From: Octopus sinensis
Lineage: Eukaryota
Direction: 5' to 3'
Assembly: GCF_006345805.1 (NCBI RefSeq)
Contig: NC_043015.1
Coordinates: 18,600,001 to 18,664,000 of the forward strand
DNA length: 64,000 nucleotides
Shown: positions 25,492 through 37,400 of the stretch, piece by piece
How positions within the stretch are numbered: position 1 is the stretch's first letter
How the letters are laid out: each line of letters opens with the position of its first letter
The notes under the pieces: generated by a model
What the model was told of the DNA's origin: nothing
Database searches by the model: none
Seen by the model: only the letters and a program-made list of their open reading frames with translations
Program-made: the position numbers and the translations under genes

Positions 25492-26758
25492 TCTTAGCTT
25501 ACAATTTCTTTCTTTCAACAATTGACAACTGAAGTACGCTCGCAAATTAATACTACGAAAACTTAGCGACAGAAAGTAAATTAAAAACGAATTTTCTGTT
25601 GAGTTATCATGGCAATTTGACCGTCTGATTTCCTTAAATCCGTCTCTTTTCTTCAACTGAACTTAGTTCCTATCGTTTCTTAAAGTCCTTTGTGAATTCT
25701 AGGAGTGTTCTTTTTCTTCTTATTTCTCGAGAAAGTTTTGTTTCCTCGACACTAAAAACTAACGGGAAGTAGACAACAGTTCCAATACAATTGATGTAAT
25801 AGAGTAACTCATAATGTGAGCGGCTAGCATCTACTCACCATATGTCAGTGAATTGTTGGTGTGTGTTTGCAAATGTGTTCTAATGAGAAAGTGAATTGTG
25901 TTTGGCGTGTCTTTTACTAATAACAAACACACACGTGTGTGTGTGTGTGTTTGAGTGTTTGTATGTAGTTGTTTGAAACGTTTGTGTTTGTCACTGTCAT
26001 ATATGTATATGTTTGCATGTCTATGTCTGTGTGTGAGGAGTAAATCGTTATGTATTTATTTGCTTCTGTTTCCTGTTTTTTTTTTGGTTGAGGAGTGGTT
26101 TGCAAAGAGAAAGTATATGTATATGTTTGCGTGTCTATGTGTGTGTGTGAGGAGTAAATCGTTATGTATTAATTTTTGTCTCTGTTTCCTGTCTGTATTT
26201 TTTTTGAGTAGTGGTTTAAGGTACACTTGCAAAGAGAAAGTAGGAGAAAGTGTGGTAATAGAAGGAGTAAAGCATTTGAAATGAGAGAGGGAAATCGTAA
26301 AATATTAAGTTTTCTCGAATTTTTGCTTAATTGGGGGTCAAATTGAAAGAAATTTATATGCCATGACCCAATGGAATGTACTTCGAAAAATCATAGGTAA
26401 ATTCCAATTGAAGAAATTGTGTGAGGAGTAAATCGTTATGTATTTATTTGTTTCTGTTTCGTCTGTATTTTTTTGAGTAGTGGTTTAAGGTACACTTGCA
26501 AAGAGAAAGTAGGAGAAAGTGTGGTAATAGAAGGAGTGAAGCAGTTGAAATGAGAGAGGGAAATCGTAAAATATTTAGTTTTCTCGAATTTTTGCTTAAT
26601 TGGGAGTCAAATTGAAAAACATTTATATGCCATGACCCAATCGAATGTACTTCGAAAAATCATAGGTAAAATCCAATTGAATAAATTCTATATTGTACAA
26701 TTGTATTAAAAACAAACATAGTCACAGGCAGAGAAAATCTGCCTTTTATCATAAGAGA
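24843..26758 (-). mobile_element. Composite non-autonomous Helitron block
   Basis: Minus-strand 3' end CTAG (24843-24846) with hairpin CCCGGCGTTGCTCGGG (24855-24870). 5' TC starts at 25233 (A|TCTCTCTCTATATAAAG) and 26758 (A|TCTCTTATGATAAAAG). The whole block sits between A and T within Tc1 sequence. Confidence 0.75.
26031..26690 (+). repeat. Internal tandem duplication inside the Helitron (units start GTGTGAGGAGTAAATCGTTATGTATT)
   Basis: Unit starts at 26031, 26145 and 26419. The last two ~274-bp units are nearly identical. Confidence 0.93.
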
Positions 26759-27299
26759 TTAGTTTGCATGCGATTCCATCATGAAATCATGAAGAGGAGT
26801 GTGATTTCCACTTGTAGGAAATATAACCAATTCTGCAAACTGATGATTATTTGCAATATCTATTAGTTTTCAACAATTTTTCTTTCAAATCTTATTAGAT
26901 AACAGATAATATGTTAAAATAATATTAAATCATTAACATTCACATGATATGTCACACAAAACAGCAAAGAAAGGATGTTTGCCAAAATCATTGGCCATGA
27001 CTGTACATTAACGATGCGATGGATGGGAAGTTGGATGAATGATAAGTGTAGTCTTTGTTTTTGAGTCATCATATGTGTTGTTAAAAGATTGTATTGTATA
27101 CGACCATCTAATGAGGGATGGCAAAGTGATAATAGTAAATTCTATTTATGTAGCTGGATATCTCCTGTGACTATGTGTAGATAAGAGAGATATAGAGTAT
27201 ATGAGAGGAAAGAAGATGCGTGAATGAATGCATGTCTCCTGTTACAGGCTAATTGTTAAGTCAGTAGCAGTTTAGTGGTTTGTGCTGTAGCGACGAGCG

Positions 27300-29650
27300 A
27301 AAACTGAATCGGAACATCACCAAGTTCTCTGTCTTTTCTGGTTCCGTGTGTCCGTCTGTCCTTCTCTTCAGATCAGGTCTCTTCCTATTCGTTCGAGAGC
27401 AAATCCAATTGGACAGACCTGTGATTGTATCATCATTCAAAAGTATAGTTGTTTACATACGCATTTATTATTTAAAGTTTTACCTAAAACCCCGGTTATT
27501 GTTTATGAAGAATTTCTTGATTGGAATCAAATTTTCGATCGGCTACAGATGAAATAAATATTACTAACTGTATCCTGATATAAACCAATAAAAGTTAACT
27601 AGTTCAAGTCAGGAACGATGTTTTTAGCTTCCAGTAATCGAGACCCTGTCTATGTGTCTTACAAAAGATTACCACACAGATCACAAGTCGGTTTTCTATT
27701 TAGCCGATTAGTCAAAATTACTGCTATCTTTATATGCGGTATGTCGAAAGTCACATTAACATATCCGAAAAACTTAATCGGCGCTGATCGAACACAATGT
27801 TTCAGCGAGTTACCGTGGCTTTTCCGCATCCAGTCTCCATCTACTCTGACAGAAACTTATGTGCACCCAAAATGCCATCCAGTGACCTTTCGCACTACCG
27901 AGCGTAAGACTGAGACATTCTTCAAAATACTTCTGGGTACTTGAAGAAGTTTCGCTGCTCTGCCTCATTTGGAATAGAAATATTCCTTAATCTGACTGTA
28001 ACAGCTTCATCGTTACTGTTCACGTCCAGAACCATCAATATATCAGCTGTGTCCAGAAAGATCCAGACTTTTCCTGAAATAACTCTGAAACATTGCTCGA
28101 TACAGGCCGAACGAAAGCCATTTATGCCTCGTATTTATTCAGAAGTACAGATGATCGCATGTCGGAAATTTTTGTTTCATCGATGGTTACCACATTTATA
28201 TTTAGTGGCCTGAGTTCATGTACTTTGGTCTCGAATAACGGGTAAATAAGTTTTCTGGTTGGAGAGGAGCACCTTAGAATTCTTATTAGTTTTTTCTCCC
28301 CTCATCATGTGAAAATTCACCTAAACTTCTGGTGCATTAGAAGAGTAACATCCAGTGTCTTTAGGATGATCTACTCATCCTAAAACTACTGATGCTTTTC
28401 CTTTTCTGTGTATTTTATTGTTTGCCCTTTCGTACAAAAGTGAAGACGAGGAGGATTGTTGTATTTGGCCGTTGGTGTTGCTGCTACTCTTGTCATTTTA
28501 ACATTGTTTTTTGGATATCGTTGCTGTAGTCGTTGTCCATGTGAACTTTCTTTGATGTTGTTGCAGTTGCGATGCTGTTTTCTATGTTCTTGTTAGGTTT
28601 ACTACAGTTGTTGTACTCGTGGGTTTTCTGTTACTGATTATGTGTGTGTGGTTATAGTGGTAATTGTTGTATGTGGCTGATTGACAGTGTCTCGTCAGAT
28701 CTGGAATTCAGTTCTGAGATTCCATCACTGGTCAGCTGAGGAGAAATCGGGATATCAAACTTGTTTGATGATCGCTTTCGGCTGTTAATAGTGCTAGACC
28801 CTTGAAGTTATTCCATGGCGTTTTTGTGTAAGTTTGGGTGAACCTGTTATATTTGTTTATTCCTATTGTTGTTAGTGTACTTGTGATTGTTTGTTCTGTG
28901 GTACTGATGGTTGTTGTGCTTGCAATGGTGTTGATGGTGTCCTTATTTGTCAGGTTCTGTATCTTCATATCCAGTCTTTTGGTTTCATTTTCCGCCCCCA
29001 ACAAAGTTCAGTCGAATTCGGTGGCAGATGGAGATTTATGTTTGCGCGTATGAGCGTATATGTGTGCATGCTTATGTTCTGGTGGACTGATGTAGGAAGG
29101 GTCTGTTTTTGTTGTGGTGGCGTTGGCGATGCTGTTCTGAGCTTCGTGTTTGTGTTTGCTGTTGTTCTAGATGATTTTTGTTGCCACTTTTGGTGCTACT
29201 GTCGTTGTTGTCGCTGTTGTTGCTGTTGGTGCTATTGTTGGTTTTTGTTATTGATCTTGCAGCTCTTTTGGTTTTCCTTTCGCTCGTTTGTTGTGGGACA
29301 GTTAACCTTTAGATGGTTTGCGTCACAAAATAAGGGCTCCATCGACATCCGTTTTCATTAACTACGAACACTTGCAAGGCACCTGGCAGATTGATCAGAT
29401 CAGGAATGGTTTCCTTGCTTCCTTCCATAGCTTGCAGATATGTAATATGGCCACTTTCTCTTCTATATTTAGCAATACGGCTGCTACGGATCAGCAAAAT
29501 ACATCTGATGATACATTAACCACCTTTATTCTCCCCATACTTCAGCTGATGAAGGTTGGTATGACGACCAGTTTGCCACCCTTCAGGGATGTTACTGATT
29601 GCTTCCTGATCTCCATCTCGATCAGAAATCTCACCAGAACTGTGTAAACC
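27300..29650 (-). mobile_element. Old Tx1/L1-like element: ORF1 and APE endonuclease remnants
   Basis: Minus strand reads INVVTIDETKI (APE motif with E), LMVLDVNSNDEAV, FFKYPEVF and GHW(N)GILGAH (GDWN-like) at about 27850-28200. ORF1-like LVVIPTF...SVAAVLLNIEEKV at about 29400-29600 resembles 63407-63721. Confidence 0.65.
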
Positions 29651-30594
29651 CTTTTCTCTTAAAGTAATGGAGGTTTTGATGTCTCAGATTTGTTGTTGAC
29701 ATTCTTAAACAGGAGCATGTGTCACTCACATTATACGTCTGAATTTTCATCCTATACACTTAAATATGATTATTTTATTATGGGTCTCTAATGTGATCTG
29801 CTAAGGCATTTGTAAGGACACTAACCTTACCATCTTACAGGGGAAAGTTTTCGCGTTATTCGGCCGAGCATTAGGGAAAAGGTTAGCAATTAGTTTGATA
29901 GCTGCAGTATTGTCGTTACCAATGGTATTAGTATTAATGCGTATGTTGGTGATGATGTTTGTTTCAATGCTCTTTGCTCTGGTTGTCATTGTTGCTTTTG
30001 CTACTCTTACTAATTACTAATTGCAGGGGTTACTCAGAATTTTTCTACTTTTTGACTTTTTTCATTGATGTTGTTTTGTTACTGGTGTTGCTATTACGAT
30101 CACTTGCGTTCCCAGTGGTGGTAGAAAGAAGGTATGAAAAATTCTGTACATAGCTGCTGTTCCAACAGCCATTATTACCCACGTCTTCGACGCCTTGTCT
30201 TTTTTTAAAAAATAGGCAAGATTGTTTTTACAAACTAAATGCACTCAAAAGTGCCGAAAACCCGCCAGGAGGAAGTTGATGATAGTGATGATAATGTCGA
30301 TGATTAAGATGATGAAGGTGATGATAATGATAATGTTAATCGTTATCATTATTTGTTTAAGACAGCGAAATTTAAAAAAATGGTAGAATAACTGTTCTGT
30401 AATTGATAGCTATCTTTTTAAAATTCTGAATTCAAATACAGCATTGGTTAACTTTTCCTTTCATAATTCCGAAGTAGCATGAAAAATATCATTTATTTGA
30501 TTAAGCTTTGCTACGCACAATTATTGCAATTTCTTATTTTGTTTGCAATTTAAAAAAAAAAAAATACTCATTACACTAATATGCATATAAGCGC

Positions 30595-30616
30595 GCACGC
30601 ACACACACGCACACGC

Positions 30617-30667
<51 letters not shown>
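30595..30667. repeat. (CA)n/(CG) microsatellite
   Basis: Visible run. Confidence 0.95.
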
Positions 30668-30668
<1 letters not shown>

Positions 30669-31236
30669 TTTTTTGCGTAACCATATGTCTGTTGATATTT
30701 GAATAATGATTTCATATATTTTCCTTATATCTCCGTTACAATGCAGCCCTGAAGCTCTGAAATACTATTCAAATAAGGTCGCTTACAAATTTGGCAACTA
30801 TTTGCATAGGAAGATATGTTTGCGATACTTTAGACGTAATATTTATAAAACGCTTGATTGATGTTTATAAACAAAGAGAAAGAAATAGATTTTATGTTTT
30901 TAATTATCTTTACTATCGTATTTATAAACTAAAACTGAGCGAGTAACCTGTGTATCGGATGAAAATAATTTACAATGAGTGTACGTGTCATCACTGAGAG
31001 CTACGTGAAGTCTACAATAAAGGAAGTCAGCCAAGCAAAGCCTAAATTTCTTCAGAGTATTAACAGTGAACAGAAACTTCAGCTATGAGGAATGAGTGAT
31101 ATTAAATGGGAGATTATCACCCAAAACATCCTTCACTACTCAATGACTCCTTGATTTCATGTTTCATATTGTGTGCCAATGTGCAATTTACCGTATTTGG
31201 CTTCGGCAGTTTATGCTACATGTTCTATTGTGCAGG

Positions 31237-31439
31237 CTCTTTTACTCTTTTACTTGTTTCAGTCATTTGACTGCGGCCATGCTGGAGCACTGCCTTTAGT
31301 CGAGACAATCGACCCCAGGACTTATTTTTGTAAGCCTAGTACTTATTCTATCGGTCTCTTGCCGAAACGCTAAGTTACGGGGACGTAAACACACCAGCAT
31401 CGGTTGTCAAGCGATGTTGGGGGAACAAACACAGACACA

Positions 31440-31497
<58 letters not shown>

Positions 31498-31661
31498 CGA
31501 CGGGCTTTTTTCAGTTTCTGTCTACCAAATCCACTCACAAGGCTTTGGTCGGCCTGAGGCTATAGTAGAAGACACTTATCCAAGGTGCCATGCAGTGGGA
31601 CTGAACTCGGAACCATGTGGTTGGTAAGCAAGCTACTTACCACACAGCCACTCCTGCGCCT
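31237..31661 (-). mobile_element. tRNA-derived SINE family 2, full length, internal (TG)n
   Basis: Minus strand AGGCGCAGGAGTGGCTGTGTGGTAAG (A-box) ... GGTTCCGAGTTCAGTCCC (B-box-like), central GGCACCTTGGATAAGTGTCTTCTACTATAGCC domain, tail CATGGCCGCAGTCAAATGACTGAAACAAGTAAAAGA. Confidence 0.9.
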
Positions 31662-32154
31662 ATAACACATTTCAAATATTGGAGTCTATAATGGCGCCGA
31701 TAAATATATTAAGCTATTTTCACTAACTATGAACTACCATAGTATAAATTCAAAAGCTCTTGATCTTACACTCAGTTAAAGCACCATTTTTGTATTTGAC
31801 AATCTTTGAAATACATTAAAAAAATTTTTTATTTATTCTTCCGCAAGTCTTAGGATTACAGCCAAAAAGTCAATCTATTATATTTAAATGTATTGACTGG
31901 ATAAGATAAATGTTTTAATCTATTTTGCTTTTATGTTTTTGCAAACACATTGTGCAAAGCCAAAACAATAATTCTCAGCCTGCTCTAAAGAGATTTATAT
32001 TTAACAATGAATAATAGAGAAACTTAAAAATCTAAATAAAATATATTTCTTTTATCAGTATTCATCAATGGTTGTTATCTATGAAATAAAGCAGTTCAAA
32101 ACACATTCATGCAGATTATATTTCTTCATGAGATAATTTTCAAAGAAGTAAAGA

Positions 32155-32225
<71 letters not shown>

Positions 32226-32239
32226 CAACAACAACAATA

Positions 32240-32872
32240 ATAATCTTTTCTACTATAGGCACAAGACCTGAGATTTTTGAGGAGGGGCGAGTTAATTACA
32301 TCGAACTCCAATACTTGACTACTACTTTATTTTAACTACCCTCGAAAGGGTGAAATGTATAATCGAGCTCTGCAGAATTTGGACTTAGAAAATAAAGACG
32401 GACGAAATGCCGCCAAGTATTTTTCCCGGCGTTCTAACGATTCTGCCAGCTCGCCGCTCTAAAAATAGTAATAATAATAATCCTTTCTACTAAAGGTACA
32501 AGGCTTGAAATTTGAGGGAGGTGACTAGTCGATTACATCGAGGCCGTGTTTCACTGGTACATAATATATTGAACCCGAAAGGATGAAAAGCAAAGTCGAC
32601 CTCGGTGGAATTTGAACTCAGAACGTAGCGACGGACGAAATACCTATTTCTTTACTATCCACAAGGGGCTAAACACAGAGAGGACAAGCAAGGACAGACA
32701 AACGGATTAAGTCGATTATATCGACTCCAGTGCGTAACTGGTACTTATTTAATCGATCCCGAAACGATGAAAGGCAAAGTCGACCTCGGCGGAATTTGAA
32801 CTCAGAACGAAGCGGCAGAGGAAATATCGCTAAGCATTTTGCCCGGCGTGCTAACGATTCTGCCAGCTCATT
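32240..32872 (-). mobile_element. Three tandem SINE family 1 copies between AAT tracts
   Basis: Three successive reverse-oriented bodies (about 32240-32460, 32480-32645, 32645-32872) flanked by (AAT)n at 32155-32243 and 32875 onward. Confidence 0.85.
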
Positions 32873-32874
32873 GT

Positions 32875-33112
<238 letters not shown>

Positions 33113-33113
33113 C

Positions 33114-33523
33114 ATGCCCTACTGCAAATATTCTACTCAAATATAACAGATTTGCTTGTCAGTTGTTTGACCCTAACCAGTTGAGCATGTTCCTTAGTGG
33201 CTGACGATATGTGCATCTCTGATCATGAGCAGAAGTAGCCATGTGTTGAGAGGAATTATTTGGGGATTGGATAATTCACCTTTGGAAACATGGGTGTTTC
33301 ATTCAACATTGTTAAACAACCCTTATTCAAGAAAATTCTAACTGGGACCCACCTGCAAGGTCATGCACTGTTTATCTTGATTTGAGATCACCATATCGTG
33401 CACATATAGTTGTGATGCATGTACCTGGTATACCCTTATCAGACGGGTAGTCATGATGGGTATACTGGGTTTCGTATATTTTACTCCAGTGTCACATTGA
33501 TGGCATGCACTGCTCTCTCACTC
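33114..33523 (+). mobile_element. Internally deleted copy of the ~556-bp AAT-associated non-coding element
   Basis: Shares both termini (ATGCCCT... / ...GCTCTCTCACTC|AATAAT) and body with 43464-44019. Orientation is arbitrary. Confidence 0.85.
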
Positions 33524-33643
<120 letters not shown>

Positions 33644-33699
33644 TAATAATAATATAACAATCTTACTAGAGATGGTGTATCGCATGGTTTTACTTGTGA

Positions 33700-34966
33700 A
33701 ATATGATTATATGACCAATTTCACAAGTAAAACCAGCCAATTCTACGGTATACCTAAGATACACAAAAGTGAGAAAATAAGCAACGCATGCAAGATAGCT
33801 ACAGACAAGATAATTAAAGTCCCTAATCCTAATGACCTCAAATTCAGACCCATAATAGCAGGTCCCGCATGCGAAACCCACCACCTCAGTAACTTTTTAG
33901 ACACCCTGTTAAAACCACTCCTCAAACATGTCAAAAGCTATATAAGGGACGACTTGGATATGCTCAATCACCTACCGAATACTATAAACAAAAACACCAT
34001 ACTGGTATCCTTCGATGTAGTCAACCTCTACTCCAATATCCCCCGCAACCTAGGACTAGAGGCAATCCAATTCTGGCTAGAGAATCACGCCAACGAACTA
34101 CCACATCGCATCAAAAAAGAATTCGTGATAGAAGGGGTTAAATTCATCCTGGAAAATAACTTCTTCGCCTTTAAAGACAACTTCTACCGACAAAAATCGG
34201 GGACTGCGATGGGTACACGAATGGCCCCCTCCTTTGCCAACCTAGTCATAGGATATCTAGAGATCAGTCTGTATCGTAAGGTTCTAGAAAGATATGGCAG
34301 CCCTTTCTCCATCTACATAGAAAACAACTGGAAGAGATATCTAGATGACTGTTTCATTCTTTGGCATAAAAATATAGAAAAACTCATAGAATTCCAAGAA
34401 ATTTTAAACGGACTGGACGTAAACATCCAATTCACGATGGAATATAGCCAGCAACAACTCCCCTTCCTCGATATCCTCATTAAGAAAGCTAATAATGTAA
34501 TAGAAACAGACATATATTATAAGCCTACAGATTCTAAGCAATATCTTCCATTCAATTCATGCCACCCCAGACACACCAGGATGAATATCCCCGTCAATCT
34601 AGCAAAAAGGATATGCACTATAGTTTCTAATGCAAACACCAGAGACACACGACTACAAGAACTAAAAGATACCCTTATCACCAGGAACTACCCACCTTCA
34701 CTTATTGACATGTGCATTCAACTTAACATCAAGGAACTGAGACATCCCAAATCAAAGAAAAACTTACGACCAAAAGCCTTACCATACATCTCCACACACA
34801 ACCCTCTCAATAATGAAGCCTTCGGCACCATCCTCCACAACATACCCCTCCTAAAAAAAGACAACAGAATGAACACAATCCTCCAAACACACACGATCAT
34901 AAAAAGCAAGAGACAGCCTAAATCTATGAAAAGTCTCCTAACACAAGCCCGAATACACTCTTCAAC

Positions 34967-34969
<3 letters not shown>
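33700..34969 (+). mobile_element. Penelope-like element RT, open frame but truncated at both ends (no GIY-YIG)
   Basis: ORF 33672-35081 with FYGIPKIHK, RPIIAG, SFDVVNLYSNI, GTAMGTRMAPSFANL, RYLDDCF, LPFLD, YYKPTD, SCHPRH. Starts just after (AAT)n 33524-33655 and runs into (AT)n at 34970. Confidence 0.92.

Positions 34970-35035
<66 letters not shown>
34970..35035. repeat. (AT)n microsatellite
   Basis: Visible run. Confidence 0.97.
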
Positions 35036-35038
<3 letters not shown>

Positions 35039-35190
35039 GAGAGTTTACGAAAAAAACCAAAGACGAAGACAGGTGCTGTAGAAAATAAACAGATGTATTA
35101 GTATAACGCTCAGGAATTGAAAAAGTCTTTTACGTTTCGAGCCTACGCTCTTCTACAGAAAGAGACACAGAAAAGAAAAACAAGGAGAGA
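35036..35190 (-). mobile_element. Short Penelope-type terminal repeat fragment ending in (TA)n
   Basis: Contains the hammerhead-like motif listed next and runs directly into the TA tract on the minus strand. Confidence 0.6.
35126..35163 (-). ncRNA. Minimal type I hammerhead ribozyme-like motif (core variant, probably inactive)
   Basis: Minus strand TCTTT-CTGTAGA-A-GAGC-GTAG-GCTC-GAAA-CG-TA-AAAGA: 5-bp stem I, 4-bp stem II with tetraloop, palindromic ACGT stem III, GUA triplet. CUGANGA has U instead of A at core position 6 (35155). Confidence 0.6.
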
Positions 35191-35288
35191 ATGTGGTTTT
35201 ATATTTGCTTTATGAAGTTTTAGCTTTTTATCAAATTTCTACGACCAAAAAATTTTAGAATTCTTCTCATTGTGATTTTTACTACTAA

Positions 35289-36091
35289 CTAGAGTACCCG
35301 TGACCCGTTGGGTCACCGGGAAAGTCTGAGTTTCTCAGCAACTGGGTTTTGTTTCGTGAGTTTTTTTTTTTCCATGTTATTTTGCATTCTTTCAACGAAT
35401 GTGACGTCGAAATCACGCGTAAACGGCTCCTTTCCTCAGAAAAAGAAAGATTTGGCTGCTATTGCACGGACTGCTACCACGTAACAGGTATTTCGGGTCC
35501 TTTATCGCAAATAGCTACGTAGTAGTAGGGCGTGCTAGAAATGGCAGCCAAATCTTTGGAGGTGAGATATGCTGAATGCACTCGAAAAACCTATGGAAAA
35601 AATTATTTCACACAAGGTTACGAACTGGTCTTTTACGAAATATTGACCGTATTTTTAAAGTCATTTTCACTTTAAAATATTTTTTAAATATGCAAAAAAA
35701 AGTTTGTAATGGCATTCACTTGAAAATAATTAAAAAACCTTAAAATATTGTCTGTTTAAAGAAAGCTAAAATATAAATACTGCACACACAACTTAAATTT
35801 ATGAAATCACATTCACTTAAAAATATTTCTAAATGATTAAAATAGAAATATTTACTGTAAAAACAAATCGTATTTTTCGTTGTCAAGTCACTGTGTCTAA
35901 TCGAAAGGTAAGAGTTTCTTCCCTTTCAGGGTTAAATTATTTTCGGAATATTTTCCCATTATGCACCGTTTTGGGTATTTATACCCCGAAAACGCCTAAT
36001 ATCTCAATAACCACTTGTCCATTATGCGCCAGTTTGGCTGGGTAACATTGCAAGCAAGCAAGATTCAAGTTCACTTTTAATGTATTATAGA
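35289..36091 (-). mobile_element. Non-autonomous Helitron (~800 bp)
   Basis: A|CTAG at 35288-35292 with GC-rich hairpin CCCGTGACCC-GTT-GGGTCACCGGG (35297-35320). 5' end A|TCTATAATACATTAAAAG at 36091. Internal 14-bp inverted repeat 35446-35459 / 35544-35557. Confidence 0.8.
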
Positions 36092-36460
36092 TATATATGT
36101 GTACCTTAACAACCCTTTTAATGAGATTTTTCTGTTTACCCAAATGAACTTTAGAAGAGTGTACTGGCGTCAGGCAGACGGCGATAGGTTGGATTAGACA
36201 AGTTTACTTTGACAGTTACTGATGTCACCCTAGACCTCTCTCGATGTCTAGGGTGACACCCAGAAAATCGACACTTGTTAAGTTTGTAGTAATAATTAAA
36301 TATAAGCCAAGTTCTTTAAGCAATAGAGAACTGACTCAACCAATTATCAACTAAAGGTGTTGAGTGCCACTTTCTTTATACATGCACATATACATACATA
36401 TATATGTATGTATAAAGAACTTATATATATATAAGTTATATATATATATATATATATATA

Positions 36461-37400
36461 GAGGTCCGCGCGCCACACCACCACAGCTCCACCCTTGTCA
36501 GCCGGTTTGATGATAATGTCAGCGCGCCGTTGGAGGGAACGAAGAGCCGAGAGCTCGGCCGGGGAGATGTTGAGGCGGCGGTGGAGCCTGGAGAAGTTGA
36601 ACCGCTCAACGCACGCTGACAGGCGCCCGCGAAAAGATCCACTGCTAGGAACTGGCCGGGAGCAGGCGTCCACAGGGATGGTCGGCGGCCCAGGTCAGTG
36701 AAGCAGTCCTCATCGTTGGATGCGGGTCGTGAGTCGCGGAAAAACGCACCCAACCGGTGGCGGCGCACAAAGCTGTGGACATCAGCACGCGTCTGGAATT
36801 CCTTACAGGATGGAGTGAGGGGGATGAAACGCAGACCCCTACTAAGGACGGAGCGTTCCGCCGCAGAGAGGGAAGATCAGGGGGAATGGTAACAACAGAC
36901 GGAAGGGGAGAAGGGGTGGGTGGAATAGAAGTACGAGGGGTGGATGGAATGGGAATAGGAGTAGGAGGGGTGGTAGGGCTGGTGGAGGTCTGAGGGGGAG
37001 GGATTGGGGAGGTGTGTGGGGGGTTGTTGGGAGGGACAGTGGGGTTAGGTGTGGGTGGGTGGAGCCTATCGGGAGGGAAGAAGGGTAGTGGAGGAGTAGG
37101 GGTAGTGGCGTCGGGTGTGGTGGAATAGAGGAGTGATTGGAGTTTACGAAGTTTGGTATTGGAAAGAAATTGATAGAAGAGATGATTTAAATGGATAATG
37201 AAGCGTAGCGTGTTTTGAACATGGAAAGGCGGCAGAGAGGAGAAAAGGATGGAAAAAGCAGGAGGGAGGAGGCAGTCAATTGTATGTAGTTTAGAGAGAT
37301 TGGAGCGAATGGTGGCCCGCATAAGGCGGTAAGATGTGGTGCGGAGTATGGGTAAGATGGAAGAAGCCGAGTGGAGAGCAGGGTGGAAATGGAGGCGGAA
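36461..37400 (-). mobile_element. GC-rich Penelope-like element, N-terminal part, truncated at (TA)n just before the RT core
   Basis: NISPAELSALRSLQRRADIIIKPADKGGAVVVWRADLY (36347-36673 ORF), RRHRLGAFF motif and a Pro/Thr-rich linker (36880-37130). Frameshifted. Confidence 0.88.

Larger units (their letters stand above)
23303..27003 (-). mobile_element. Tc1-family (DD34E) DNA transposon, both TIRs present, degenerate, with nested insertions
   Basis: TIRs TA|TTGTCGTGGCCAATGCTTTTGGCAAA (23301-23328) and TTTGCCAAAATCATTGGCCATGACTG|TA (26978-27005). Transposase remnants FIFQQDGTPCHTAK and WPGNSPDLNHIE at about 23640-23790; N-terminus MVLAQEK at about 24490. Length minus insertions is 1558 bp. 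Confidence 0.92.

Noticed and set aside
26031-26690. Spaced repeats as a CRISPR-like array
   Set aside because: Only two to three long unequal units inside a Helitron, with no unique spacers of constant length and no cas genes. The context is eukaryotic.
33672-35081. Treating the 469-aa ORF as a host gene or telomerase-like RT
   Set aside because: The motifs are typical Penelope RT. The ORF start and C-terminus come from flanking sequence and the (AT)n tract.
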